NCBI RefSeq assembly: GCF_001194135.2
Contig: NC_068995.1
Location: 24,974,540 to 25,038,539, forward strand
Length of the DNA stretch: 64,000 bases
From: Octopus bimaculoides
Lineage: Eukaryota
Direction: 5' to 3'
The first letter of the stretch is position 1, and each line of letters begins with the position of its first letter. The notes beneath the pieces were generated by a model. It had not been told where the DNA came from. It made no database searches and was given only the letters and a program-made list of their open reading frames with translations. Both the position numbers and the translations under genes were made by a program. Shown piece after piece: positions 12,990 to 25,478 of the stretch.

Positions 12990-15657
12990 CATCATCCTCG
13001 TTTAACATCCGCTTTCCATGCTAGCATGGGTTGGACGATTTGACTGAGAACTGGCAAACCAGATAGCTACACAAGGCTCCAATCTGGTTTCTACAGCTGG
13101 ATGCCCTTCCTAATGCTAACTGGTCTGAGAGTGTAGTGGGTGCTTTTATGTGCCACCGGCACGATGGCCAGTCAGGCGGTACTGGCAACGGCCATGTTCA
13201 AAATGGTGTATTTAACATGCCACCTGCACAGGATCCAGTCCAGCGGCGCTGGTAAAGACCTCGCACAAGTGCCAGTAAGGCGACGCTGGTAACGATCACG
13301 CTCAAATGGTGCTATTTATGTGCCACTGGCACGGAAGCCAGACAGCTGCTCCGGCAATGAACACGCTCGGACGGTACTCTTAGCGCTCCACTGGTACAGG
13401 TGCCATCACGAGTTTAGTGTCCAGTGAAGGAGAGGTTGGCATGGGTGCCAGTCGTCAAATTTGGTTCGATTTCGATTTCACTTGCCTCAACAGGTCTTCG
13501 CAAGCAGAGTTTAGTGTCCAATGAAAGAAAGGTACGCATAAGTGGGCTGGCTACACCCCTGGCAGAGGCCTCGGATTATGGGCTCACTTGGCTTGCTGGG
13601 TATTCTTAGGCACGGCATATTTCCAAAGGTCTCAGTCACAAATCATTGCTTTGGTGAAGCCTGATGTTCGAAGGTCGTGCTTCACCACCTCATCCCAGGT
13701 CTTCCTAGGTCAACCTCTTCCACAGGTTCCTTCAACCGCTGGGGTGTGGCACTTTTTCACACAGCTATCCTCATCCATTCTTGCCACATGACCATACCAG
13801 CGCAATCGTCTCTCTTGCACACCACAACTGATGCTTCTTAGGTTCAACTTTTCTCTCAAGGTACTTACACTCTGTCAAGTATGCACACTAACATTACACA
13901 TCCATCGGAGCATACTGGCTTCATTCCTTGCAAGCTTACGCATGTCCTCAGCAGTTATGGCCCATGTTTCACTGCCATGTAGCATGGCTGTTCGTACACA
14001 TGCGTCATACAGTCTCCCTTTTACTCTGAGTGAGAGGCCTTTGTCACCAGCAGAGGTAAGAGCTCTCTGAACTCTGCCCAGGCTATTCTTATTCTAGCAG
14101 CNNNNNNNNNNNNNNNNNNNNNNNNNNNNNNNNNNNNNNNNNNNNNNNNNNNNNNNNNNNNNNNNNNNNNNNNNNNNNNNNNNNNNNNNNNNNNNNNNNN
14201 NNNNNNNNNNNNNNNNNNNNNNNNNNNNNNNNNNNNNNNNNNNNNNNNNNNNNNNNNNNNNNNNNNNNNNNNNNNNNNNNNNNNNNNNNNNNNNNNNNNN
14301 NNNNNNNNNNNNNNNNNNNNNNNNNNNNNNNNNNNNNNNNNNNNNNNNNNNNNNNNNNNNNNNNNNNNNNNNNNNNNNNNNNNNNNNNNNNNNNNNNNNN
14401 NNNNNNNNNNNNNNNNNNNNNNNNNNNNNNNNNNNNNNNNNNNNNNNNNNNNNNNNNNNNNNNNNNNNNNNNNNNNNNNNNNNNNNNNNNNNNNNNNNNN
14501 NNNNNNNNNNNNNNNNNNNNNNNNNNNNNNNNNNNNNNNNNNNNNNNNNNNNNNNNNNNNNNNNNNNNNNNNNNNNNNNNNNNNNNNNNNNNNNNNNNNN
14601 NNNNNNNNNNTGAAGGACTATGATAAATAGGAGTTGGCTGAGGACTGAACCTTGGTGGACCCCTATCTCTACCCAGAATTCTTCACTGTACTCGTTGCCA
14701 ACCCTCACCTTATTGACAGCGTCTCTGTACATGGCTCGCACAGCTCTCACTAACCATTCATCTATCCCTAGTTTCCTCATTGACCACCTGATAAGGGATC
14801 GAGAGACCCTGTCAAAGGCTTTCTCCATGTCAACGAAATCCAAGTACAGAAGTTTATCTTTGGCTAGGTATTTCTCCTGCAGCTCTCTTACCAGAAATAT
14901 AGCATTAGTGGTGCTTTTCCCTGGCACGAACCCAAACTGCATCTCATCTAAACTGACTCTCTCCCTAATGACTCTCTCCGTGACTTTCATTACCTGATCC
15001 AACAACTTGATACCTCTGTAATTATTTGTATCTAAAGCATCATCTTTACCTTTGTAGCAGTTGACTATGGTGCTGCTACACCAGTCATTAGGTATGACTC
15101 CTTCGTGTATCACCTGGTTAACAATACAGGTGACTAGGCTATAGCCAACACTGCCAGATATTTTGAGCATCTCTGCNNNNNNNNNNNNNNNNNNNNNNNN
15201 NNNNNNNNNNNNNNNNNNNNNNNNNNNNNNNNNNNNNNNNNNNNNNNNNNNNNNNNNNNNNNNNNNNNNNNNNNNNNNNNNNNNNNNNNNNNNNNNNNNN
15301 NNNNNNNNNNNNTGTCGACATTCGGCAGACTCTCTTTCTCCCATTCATTCTCTTTATTGAGCAATCTTTCGTAGTGACGTCTCCAAGCCTCTTTCTTTGC
15401 AGCCTCATTTAGTGCAAGTGAGCCATCATCCATGCGAACACATTTCTTTCCTACATCACGATTCTCTCTCACACACTGTCTTGCAACACGAAATACTTCA
15501 AGTCTTTGGTCCTCACGGCGCAGAATATAGGCAATTTTTTTCTTATCTGCTTCCCCTCTGGCTAAATAAACCTGTCGCCTGGCTTCCCTTCTGGCAGTCT
15601 GATACAATTCCCTGCTACCACTGTTCTTCCAGTCCTTCCAAGCCTGTTTCTTTCGTC
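12990..15657 (-). mobile_element. RTE-clade LINE (family R1), 5'-truncated, interrupted by two N gaps
   Basis: Minus ORF with NYRGIKLLDQVMKV...QFGFVPGKSTT...FVDMEKAFDRV...GVHQGSVLSQLLF (RT motifs); C-terminal RLRWYG-like region; repeat-containing 3' UTR; (GAT)n tail at 12990. Confidence 0.95.
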
Positions 15658-16149
15658 TAGTAGCCCTAGCAGTCGTCTTATACTACAGCTATGAAATAAA
15701 TTCATGAGCTTTTTTACAAATTTTGACCTCGTCTTATCTAAAGGTTGTGTTATACATGGAAATATATGTAATTTCTAATTTCAGCACACACAAAATACAA
15801 AAGGCTGCACTAAATATATAAAGAAATACAGAAATATTTAACTGAAATAAGTACTCCACTCACAAATTCTTTAAAAACCATAGACACAACTAGCACTAAG
15901 CATAGGTATACAGCAGAAAGGTTAGATACAATAATTTTAATTAAAGAATTGAAACAGAGCCATCAACAATACACATAATATGGGAACTGAAACTTTTCTG
16001 TGGGCAATGCTCAAAATGGTGAAATAAACTAGATTACAACAAAGAATAGTCACATGTAGCACCAAGGATTACAACTGAAATGGTACACCTTTTGTTTTGG
16101 CTTGTTGGTTTCCTTTTGTTAAGTTTTTTTTTTTTCTTTACTGTCTCTC

Positions 16150-16800
16150 AAAGTAACAATTAAAGGGGTGTCCTTTGGTTGTTTCTTTGAGGGTACACTC
16201 AAAACCCATCTGCTTTTTGAGAGGTAGATATATGTTACTTTTCCCCCAGCTATAATTTATTTTCAATAAATTCTAGTCAAGTTGGCAAAATTTTTGAAAA
16301 ATATCTCTCTGGCACCATGGATAAAGTTAACAGATTAATTCTCCCCAGCCAACCTTACAGCTTTGACCAGTTTTATTGTGGAAACAGTAACTTTTGGGCC
16401 CTGCTGCTGTTGTTGCATGCTAGCTCCGTTGCTGCATGCCACTTTCTCTCCTCTTGTGCCTTTCCACTTCCTTGGGAATCTTCAAGTGCCTCTTCAACAC
16501 ATATAACAACTGGCATTTCTGCCCTGCAACATCGATTGCACCACTTTTGTTTCTGCACTCATGATGAGGTATAGCTTCAGGATGGATCTTTGATATTTGG
16601 TACTCATTAGGACCTGTATATCTATGCAGACCTCACTCAACATGTCATTTCTGATCACTTTGCTGCTGACAACCTGCCTGTATTATACCATAAGGGTCAT
16701 AAAGAGACAAAAGTCAAATGTCCAACCCAATGTCTTTAACCATGACACTTGTGTTATAATTTCCTAAACTTGAGAACAAATGCACTAACTTGGTCTGTTG
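16150..16800 (-). mobile_element. Decayed CR1/L2-like LINE fragment (EN-RT linker)
   Basis: Weak similarity to the KPWFN...RA linker region; many lesions. Confidence 0.3.
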
Positions 16801-17056
16801 TCTCACCTCATTCTCAGTTTCAAAGACGAGCTACATAATCCAGGGTTTTCTTCAATTGATCCATTGAGGGTAGATTTTTTTGAGAAGATGTATGTTACTT
16901 TTCTCTTTGTCTTTTTTGTTTTTCAAATAAGGTGGCAAAATTTTTGTGACATATCTCTCTTACTGTCTCCAGCGAGCTGATTCATGTGTAATACCTCTTT
17001 TTTAGCTCAAGACTTTAGTGAACCTGTTCTTGTTATTGTCTATAGAAATTTCTTTG

Positions 17057-17513
17057 CGAGGCGATGACTACTGACCGAGACCTTTGGAAATGTGCTGTGC
17101 GTGAGAAGACCCGGCAAGCCAAGTAAGATCGTTGCCAGTGTCCCTGGACTGGTTCTTGTGCGGGTGGCACATGAGATGCACCATTTTGAGCGTGGCCGTT
17201 GCCAGTACCGCCTGACTGGCTCCTGTAGGATTTTCGAGCGAGATCGTTGCCAGTGCCCCTGGACTGGCTTGTGCGGGTGGCACATAAAAGACACCATTTC
17301 GAGCGTGGCCGTTTTCGTGCGGGTGACACATAAAAGCACCCACTACACTCTCTGAGTGGTTGGCGTTAGGAAGGGCATCCAGCTGTAGAAACTCTGCCAA
17401 ATCAGACTGGAGCCTGGTGTTGCCATCCGGTTTCACCAGTCCTCAGTCAAATCGTCCAACCCATGCTAGCATGGAAAGCGGACGTTAAACGATGATGATG
17501 ATGATGATGATGA
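17057..17513 (+). mobile_element. Young 5'-truncated RTE LINE (R1) 3' end
   Basis: Encodes the last codons EAMTTDRDLWKCAVREKTRQAK*, then a modular 3' UTR and (GAT)8 tail; nearly identical to 40640-41333. Confidence 0.95.
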
Positions 17514-18879
17514 TTGCCAAATGCTTCTGGATTTTTCAAAGTGCCATTGTTTGCATGTTTGTTTAAATGACATAATAGTTTCATCCTTTTTTTTATAGTG
17601 TTTTATTTTTATAATTTTCAATAAGTTTTTCTTTTGTGAAATGTTTGGATGTAACTGGTGCTACAACTCTTGATATTATCAATTACTGCTACCCCAGATG
17701 AAAAAAGACACCATCTTTTCAAATTTGTAAATAAGTAAATATTTTTTAAATTGTGTAAATATTTAAAAAAACAAAATTTTATGTCTATTCTGTGGTAATA
17801 AAGTAGATATCTAAAGAATTCCAGAGTCTCTTATTTATAAATATGCCAAAGAGAAATGTTTTAACATTAAATGTAATGTAGTAATATGTAAACAATGGCA
17901 AAAGTGAAACATGGCACATCACCAGTAAATAGTAACTGTTTTTAATATAGGTACAGGACACACATTTGGCGTAACAAGGTTAGGTGGTTATATCAACCCC
18001 ATATTTGATTGGAGTTGATATAATCAGAAGAAACTGCTTGTCTTTTCTTAGTAAAATAAGATATCAGGATGATCTTTGTGACAACCTTGGCTAAAATTGC
18101 TCAGATCATCAATGTTTCAGATGAATGAGAGCATGAAGAACTTTTGTCACTCTCCTTACATTTTGGAACAGCTGATAATGCTACTGTACCTGGTGAGTTT
18201 ATCCTAAACCTAGGATGAACCTGCCATCACCACCAGTTGTTTAGAAGGACTGCTCTATTGATCTTCACGGATGCCTAGAGTACACCCAGGACACCATTGC
18301 TAATACTAACCTCTAACTTTCTATAAAATGCATGGGTTGACATTCCACTGACCACATTGTGACTGTTAGATGACTGTGAGCACCTTGAAATGTTTTAAAC
18401 ATCATCAACATTATGCACATAATCTTTGCTTTTGCTCAGTCTAAGATTGAAAGACCATTGTATATGTATGCATTTGTGTGTGTGTGTGCATGCATATGTG
18501 TGTGTCTAATTACTTTTGCATTCACACCACTTGTGTAGTGAACTCATAAACAAAATACATGGCTGCAGTTTAATGTGTGAAGACCAGTGAAATAGAGTAA
18601 CTTCTTTGACAAAAAGTAAGGATTAGTATCAGAATTGTCATTTACCAAAAAGGGTCTCATCCAACCCATGCAAGCATGGAAAAAGCAAACAAAAACAATC
18701 ATGATATATCTATTTTATTTATTTGCATATCTATAAATGTATACAGTGCATGAGAGATTGACTGACATGGTCTGGCAATATGAGGTTCTTGAGAAGACCT
18801 GCCCACGTCATTGAAACTGAGTTCTATAAGTGTTGTGTCCCACCCAAATTTAGAAAACTTCTCACACACCATACTACAA

Positions 18880-19986
18880 CAAATCAAACTACATCTCTTC
18901 TCTTCATCACATTTCTACTTCATGCACTATGCTTAACTTCCACCCACCAATCCTGTCCTCTTGACCCTGTCTCACTGTATCATTGCTATCCACTAGCCCC
19001 CTCGACCTGTATGTTCCACCCACACATAACAGGAAAACTTTTCACACACCCTACCCCCAACAAACCAATCTACGTCTCTTCTCTTCCTCACATTTCCTCC
19101 TTCGTGTACTATGCCTACTCTCATTCTTCAGTTCTATCCTAATGGCCCTGTTTCTCTGTATCATTGCTATCCAGTAGCCCTCCTACTCTATATATACCCA
19201 GGTTTTCACCACTCACTTCCCCTCTGCACTCCCTAATCATGCTTCTTTGGCAATATCCTGCCACTTATTTTATGACCTTTGAACCTCAAGGGTATGCCCT
19301 GGCACTTACCACCATCTATATCTCTCTCTCTCTGCCTTTACTTGACCATCTCATTTATATTCTGATCCCTGTCCCTTGTTAGTATGTCCAGCACTTTACC
19401 ACCAACTCTATCTTGCTCTCTCTCCTTCTCTTGCATTTCCCTCAGGTTGGGAAACCATGTATCTCCTTGGTGGCAGCACACCTGTTCCTGTCTTCATTCC
19501 TGATTGCTCTCTCTTTCTCCCTCTCTCTCTTTCCCTCTCTCTCTCTCTCTCTCTCACTGGCCAGGTAACCTTGTACCTCCTCTACAGCAAGACACCTGTC
19601 TCTGTCTCACTTTCATCATCTGACACAAGATCACCTCCTCCAATGCCCTTCCCCTCTCTAAAGATTTTTGTCTTGCAAGTTACTTGGTGACCCTGTCAGT
19701 GCAGGTGCCACTTAAAAAGCATCCAGTCCACACTGTAAAGTGGTTGGCATTTGGAAAGGCACCCAGCTGTAAAAACCTTGCCAAAACCGACCTCGCCTGT
19801 GATTGTGCCATGTAAAAAGCACTAAGTTCACTCTGCTAGGTGATTGGTGTTAGGAAGGGCATGCAACTGTAAAAATCCTGCAAAAACAGTCACAGAAGAC
19901 TGGTGCAAGCTTCTGCCTGGCTGGTTCCTGTGAAACCGTCCCACCCTGCCAGCATGGAAAGCAGATGTTAAACAATGATGATGATG
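18880..19986 (+). mobile_element. Pyrimidine-rich non-coding repeat ending in an RTE-type 3' tail
   Basis: CT-rich body with an internal tandem duplication of period about 180 bp (about 18890 and 19070). It then has cttgcaagttacttggtgac...aaagcatccagtccacactgtaaagtggttggc...ttaggaagggc...ccagcatggaaagcagatgttaaacaatgatgatgatga. Confidence 0.7.
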
Positions 19987-20721
19987 AGATAGTGTTTTAT
20001 TGTTTAGTCTCTCCTTGCACATTCACACATAAAGTAAAGGTGACATACCTTTTCCCTTGTATATTTACAAAATATACTTTTATATATATAAAAAAATTGA
20101 CCAAATATCCTACCTCTTCCCTATCCTCATCTCCATCACCAACTACATTTGATAAAGGAGCTACAAAATACAGCTATAATGAAAATGTCCACTCTTGGAT
20201 ATATCATAGGACATATTCTCCCCAGTCTCTCCTCTTAAGTTCGTTTGTACTTGATGTATCAGGTCATAATGGCAGAGATATAATAGTTATCTAAAACACA
20301 CACACACTGTCAATAATTTTATGTGTGTTTACCACTTTGATCATAATACTAATTAAGTTTACATTTATGACCCAATAACTAATGTACAATTTCACAAGTT
20401 ACAATGGTATAGATGATGATGATTGACAAAAGACTTGAATATCTAAAAATAATATAGAGTAAGCCTTGAACAAAAGTGAATATAACTGTGTATGTGAATT
20501 TTTAAGTGCCTGTTGTGACTTTACCATGAATTAATTGTTTTAGTTTCAACATGTAGTCTCAGATTAAAGGTACTTTGATATATCTTTTTTATAATTTTAA
20601 AATTATTTTTATTTTTATTTTGAATTCAACAAAGTTGATTTATTGCCAATCTGAAAAAAATGGTTTCTCTCCTATCACTAGAACTACAATTTTTTCCTGC
20701 TAAAATACTTGTTATCATCGT

Positions 20722-21110
20722 CATCAAAACATTATCATTTAACATCCATTTCCCATGATGGCATGAGTTGGATGGTTTGACAGGAGCTGGCCAACCAGAG
20801 AGTTGTCCAAGCTCCAATTGTCTGTTTTGGTATGGTTTCTACAGCTGGATGCCCTTCCTAATGCCAACCACTCTTTACAAACTGTGCTGGGTCCTTTTTG
20901 TGTGGCACTGGTATGAGTGCATTTTATGTGGCACTGACTCCTGTAAAACAAAGACCTCCTGGCTGGGAAAGGGAGTGGGGGCATGGCCATAAAAGACATG
21001 CCTGTATGTATGGATGGCCATGATTTTATTGAGGTTGATGTGTCTTGTCAAGTACAGCAAATCACTAGAAGTCTTGGTCCCTTGTCATCTCCTCGGTGAG
21101 GCCGAACATG
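20722..21110 (-). mobile_element. RTE LINE 3' fragment
   Basis: tcatcatttaacatccatttcccatgatggcatgagttgg...ggatgcccttcctaatgccaaccac...; same tail as the other copies. Confidence 0.85.
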
Positions 21111-21952
21111 AGAAATTATGATAAGGTAAATGCCTGTTAACTCGTTTCTTAGGTAAAACCTCAGAGTTTCTGAAACTAAAATGAAGAGTTCCTGACATAT
21201 TTAGTAATTTTCTTTCATAACCAACTTTCAACTTAATTTTGTCTCTCTCTTCTCTCTTTTCTCACTTACCCTCTTTCACTCTCCTTCTTTCCCCTTTGCT
21301 CTCTCTTTCGTTAATCTTTTTGTTTGATATTATCATCATTTTAACAACATTAGTTGGAGGTTAGAAGTGTCTAGAAGGCAGTGTCTGCATTTGATTTGAA
21401 GAACTTCTCTCCCATTTTATGTACCCTTTACGTACAATTTATGTCTATTTATTATCTAGCATATATTATCTCTATATCATATTACATGATTATGCAAAGT
21501 CACTTCTCTTACACATTCACTAATAGTTTTGCTCTTTGTTACCTTCTCCACCCACTTTTATTCAGTCACATAGTTTAGATAATCATTTATCATATTAATT
21601 TACATGAAGTCAATAAAATGTTGATAAAGAAATGCTTGCTCACACTTTCCCAATTACATGATAACTTTTTCTCTAAAAGTTTTGGTATGTCAAATATCCA
21701 TCTTGTTTTTGAGTTGCTAGGCAATGGACAAATAATGTCCACTGACTTTTACTGAGCATCATAGATGACCATTGCTCTTTCTGAAACAGAAATGGGGAGT
21801 GAAATTGGTTGCTCTGCTCATTTACAAATGAGTCATTCAGTTAAGTCAAAAATCTCTGTAAATAAATAAAATTGTTCAAATAAAGCATATTCAAAGCTTT
21901 GGCAATTAATTTTTTAAATTTTGTTTTGTTTTACAGATTGTCTAAAATAGGA

Positions 21953-21986
21953 ATGCCAACAACCAAGAGAACTGTCCTTGTAACAG
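21953..21986 (+). CDS. PGPEP1: Pyroglutamyl-peptidase I, coding exon 1 (MPTTKRTVLVT-G)
   Basis: Acceptor ttttgttttacAG at 21935-36, 16 nt of presumed UTR, ATG at 21953, donor G|GTAAGA at 21987 (phase 1). The peptide aligns to the V(L/V)VTGFGPF N-terminus of peptidase C15. Confidence 0.85.
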
Positions 21987-24269
21987 GTAAGAGGAGATTT
22001 TATTCATAAATGAAAGAGTTTTAAGTGTTTACACAGCAATACATGAAACATCATCAACAGTCACCTGTTTGTAACCTAATGCACTAAAATGCAATCGTAG
22101 TTTAGATCAGTTTACCATTGACTTTATTTGATCATTTTCAAAATATATTGAGTCACATAACCAATATAATTTCAGACATAATTAATAAATGATCAATGTA
22201 TATAGAATTTGAGATTTGAGTCTGGAAAATGTTTTACATTAGAAGTAAATTACTGGGAGCTGAGTCAGGGATCTAATTTAGATTCTTGTTGAACCATTTC
22301 ACTTTACTTGTTTCACACCAATCCCTTTTCTCTCATCCATAATTTTGAGCTTTTCTGTTTACACAAGGTCAGGTGAGTGTCATAGAACTTAAATAATCTG
22401 GCAAACAAGATCTTAATTTCTGGTCATACTTATTGTTTCTCTTTCTTCACTAATGTTATTCATTTTCTCATCCTTTGTAATTGAAAACTTTGTACCTTGT
22501 GTTTGCTGTGCAAGCTGTGTTAAGATTTTATATCTGAATGTTAATGAGACAAACAAGCAAAACAACTCAGACTAATAAAGAATTTATAACACTTGTCCGG
22601 AATATATGTTAACTCAGTTTAGCTTAATATTTCCAATTTTAATTGAAATTTTTGAGTCATCAACCATTTATAATTTTATGCAATTTTGAGCTGTCATTCC
22701 TAGCTTGAACACTCAGTGCAAATATTCCAATGTTGCAACCTTCACTAACATTGAATATTTGAAGCTAATATCTGCTGCACCTTATAAAGCTATCACCAGA
22801 GTAAACCAAAGTGTGATGTGATGCCAACTTGAAAATCACTAAAATAGGAGCTGTGTTATTAAGGTGTCTAAGTTCTGAGATTATGCTTGTATCCATTTCT
22901 GCAGAAAGTAGATTCATTAAGATTTAATTCAGTTAAAGTTGAAATAATGAAACCTTTTGAGTATAAATAGAAGCTGAATAATCTATATAGAGAGTTTTAA
23001 ATCTTCCTTTCTTATAAATGAAGCAGTTTGGCTCAGCGGTTAAGGTTAACCTCCACTTACAAATTCTTACTCTAACCGTTTGGAAAAGTTACGTCTTTTA
23101 GTCTTATTTACAAGTACTCCAACAATTGTTACTCTCTTAATTTGCTAATTGTGTCCCACTCTTAACTTATTACATTCACTACATCTCTGTTACTCTTCCC
23201 ACCGTCTCTGTGTCCCACCTTCTAGACAAATGTTATAAATTCATCATTAGTCTGAGTTCTTTTGCTTGTTTGTCTCATTAACATTCAGATAGAAAATCTT
23301 AACACAGCTTGCACAGCAAACATAAAGTACAAAGTCTTCAATTACAAAAGATGAGAAAATGACAGAATGAAATGCATGCCTTTCTGAATAACATTAGTGA
23401 AGAAAGAGAAACGATAAGTATGACCAGAAATTAAGAGCTGATCCTAGACTTGGTTTGCTAGATTATTTATGTTCTATGGCACTCACCTGATCTATTCCTT
23501 GTCATAATATTTCTCTTTTTTCCATTATTTGTGTTCTCTCCAACCTTCAACAACTCTAAATGAACATTAACCATATTAACCTAACACAGCTATTCAAACC
23601 TCTCTCCTAGAAGGGCCTAACAACTTTGCCCGTCTCAGTCAACAAAACAAGGAAATATCAAGCATAAATCTTTTCAATAGCACAAGTATCAGTTGTAGCT
23701 TTTATTGTTGAATTATATTGATCAAACATTTGAGTATGATCCATACAACCAGCACCCTGGTTATATATTTTTATTTTACCTGGGACCATGCTAGTACGCC
23801 GCAGTACACAATAAAGAGCATAAAGCTTTTTCTTATGTATTATGTTGTGTGGTAAGTGAAGAATTGTTGCATGCAGGTTTTTGTGATAAATGGGGACATG
23901 CTTTATTGTAAGACAAAGCCTATTGCATCCAGTTCATTGTTTAGCCTTTCTTTGTACGTCCACACCTTTCATTGATGCAGAAATTAGTAAATCTCTTTTC
24001 ATGTTCCTGTATCTTTGATGACATTATTTCACTTTATTTAATCTTTTTTTTTACTGTCTCTGTTTATGGCAGGTGATTTAATACAAATAATGAAAATGGC
24101 AGACCAGCTGCTATTTTTATCATTTACGTGAGTCAGTTTCATGACTCACTGTCCTGAGAACAAGTACTATATTAGGATTGATTCAAATGACTCTTAACTC
24201 CATTTGCATTCATACATACACAAAAACATTATCCTTTTGACAACTTAGCAGAAATCAGTATCTTCTCAT

Positions 24270-24810
24270 ATCAGATTTATGATAACCACCACATTCACAA
24301 ATAACTAAGAAGGAGGAATAGCTTCCACTCAAAACAAGATGGAGATAAAATAAACACCTTTGATATCTTATGTGATGTCACAATACCTGTGACCTCCTAT
24401 GGATGAGTACAAAAGGAAAAAAACAAACCAATTAATGATTGAGAAGACAGTTTGAGAAATTGCAGAAGCAGCTTGATTTACATTTGCATTCTGTGGATTA
24501 CTTACAGAAAAGTGTAGGGCCTAGCCCCACATTTATGGATGAAGTGATGCCTAGAACTCTTCAAGATCTCGAGAAAGATTAAGCATCTGTTAAAAAAAGA
24601 GAAATGTGTCATTTGAGAATAAAGTTAATATGAGGGAGAAAGATTAACATATATACAGATCTGAAGAGGAATCATTCAAGGGAACAGCCTCTCTTCCATC
24701 TTATTTGTAATCACACTGATCCCTTTGTCAATTATAGTGAACAAAGCTAAAGAAGAATACTCACTACAAAAGAATAGGGGAAAAGTGAATCATGCGTTTT
24801 TCAAGGAGAG
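24270..24810 (+). mobile_element. Decayed non-LTR RT fragment, R4/Dong-like
   Basis: Broken frames give WITYRKV*GLAPH (WIDYRKAYD.VPH-like) and IIQGNSLSSILFVITLIPLS...VNHAFF (GIFQGD.LSPLLF...INHL.FMDD-like). Confidence 0.55.
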
Positions 24811-25308
24811 GTGCGAAACTGCATTAGCCCTTAGTTTACTTACAAACAATCCCAGTTTAAATGCAGAAATATATGTTGTAGCAAAACTGCTGTTTGTCAT
24901 GTAACGTAATTAATTAATATTTACTGTATTTTACGATTTATATAATTAATTTATATTTATGCTCAAACTTTGCGAATGTTCTTGGATCATTGTTTCCCAA
25001 GAATCCCAAAAATGTTTTTTTGTGGCACAGTGGTGTGTTGTGGCACACAGTTTGGCAGACACTATTCTAGAACATCTGTTGTGGTGTGATAAAAAGCATA
25101 ATTAAACCAGACACTAGACTAATTCTGTGAAACAACAGATTGTTGTCCTCATCGCTGGTAGATAGATGGACTTTTACTGCTTAATGATGGTTAAACTGGA
25201 AAAAAACAAAAAAACTGAAATATGAAAATGTATAGAAGAAAATGAACTTAATATCTGTTTCGTTGTAATAAATTTTATTTTTTATCTTTTTTCTTCTTTT
25301 CTTAACAG

Positions 25309-25478
25309 GCTTCGGGCCTTTTGGAGTACACAAAGTCAATGCCAGTTGGGTTGTAGTACAACATGTAGCCAAACTAGGCCTTGGTGATGATGTCTGCCTT
25401 ATTGTTAAAGAAGTACCTGTAGCTTATAAAAGTGTTAAAACTGATATTCCCTTGTTATGGTCTGAATTCAATCCTGTG
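25309..25478 (+). CDS. PGPEP1: Pyroglutamyl-peptidase I, coding exon 2
   Basis: Polypyrimidine tract plus cAG at 25307-08; reads (G)FGPFGVHKVNASWVVVQHVAKLGLGDDVCLIVKEVPVAYKSVKTDIPLLWSEFNPV; donor GTGAGT at 25479 (phase 0); 170 nt, frame-compatible with exons 1 and 3. Confidence 0.96.

Noticed and set aside
13424-14070. Plus-strand ORFs
   Set aside because: Antisense shadows of the minus-strand RTE; likewise 35620-36090 (plus frames) and 17033-17436.
17130-17335. Repeat-spacer-like pattern resembling a CRISPR array
   Set aside because: The units are contiguous modules of a LINE 3' UTR without unique spacers, in a eukaryotic context with no cas genes.
24661-24700. CTGAAGA hammerhead-like core
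   Set aside because: No helix II or GAAA follows; it lies within the coding remnant of an RT.
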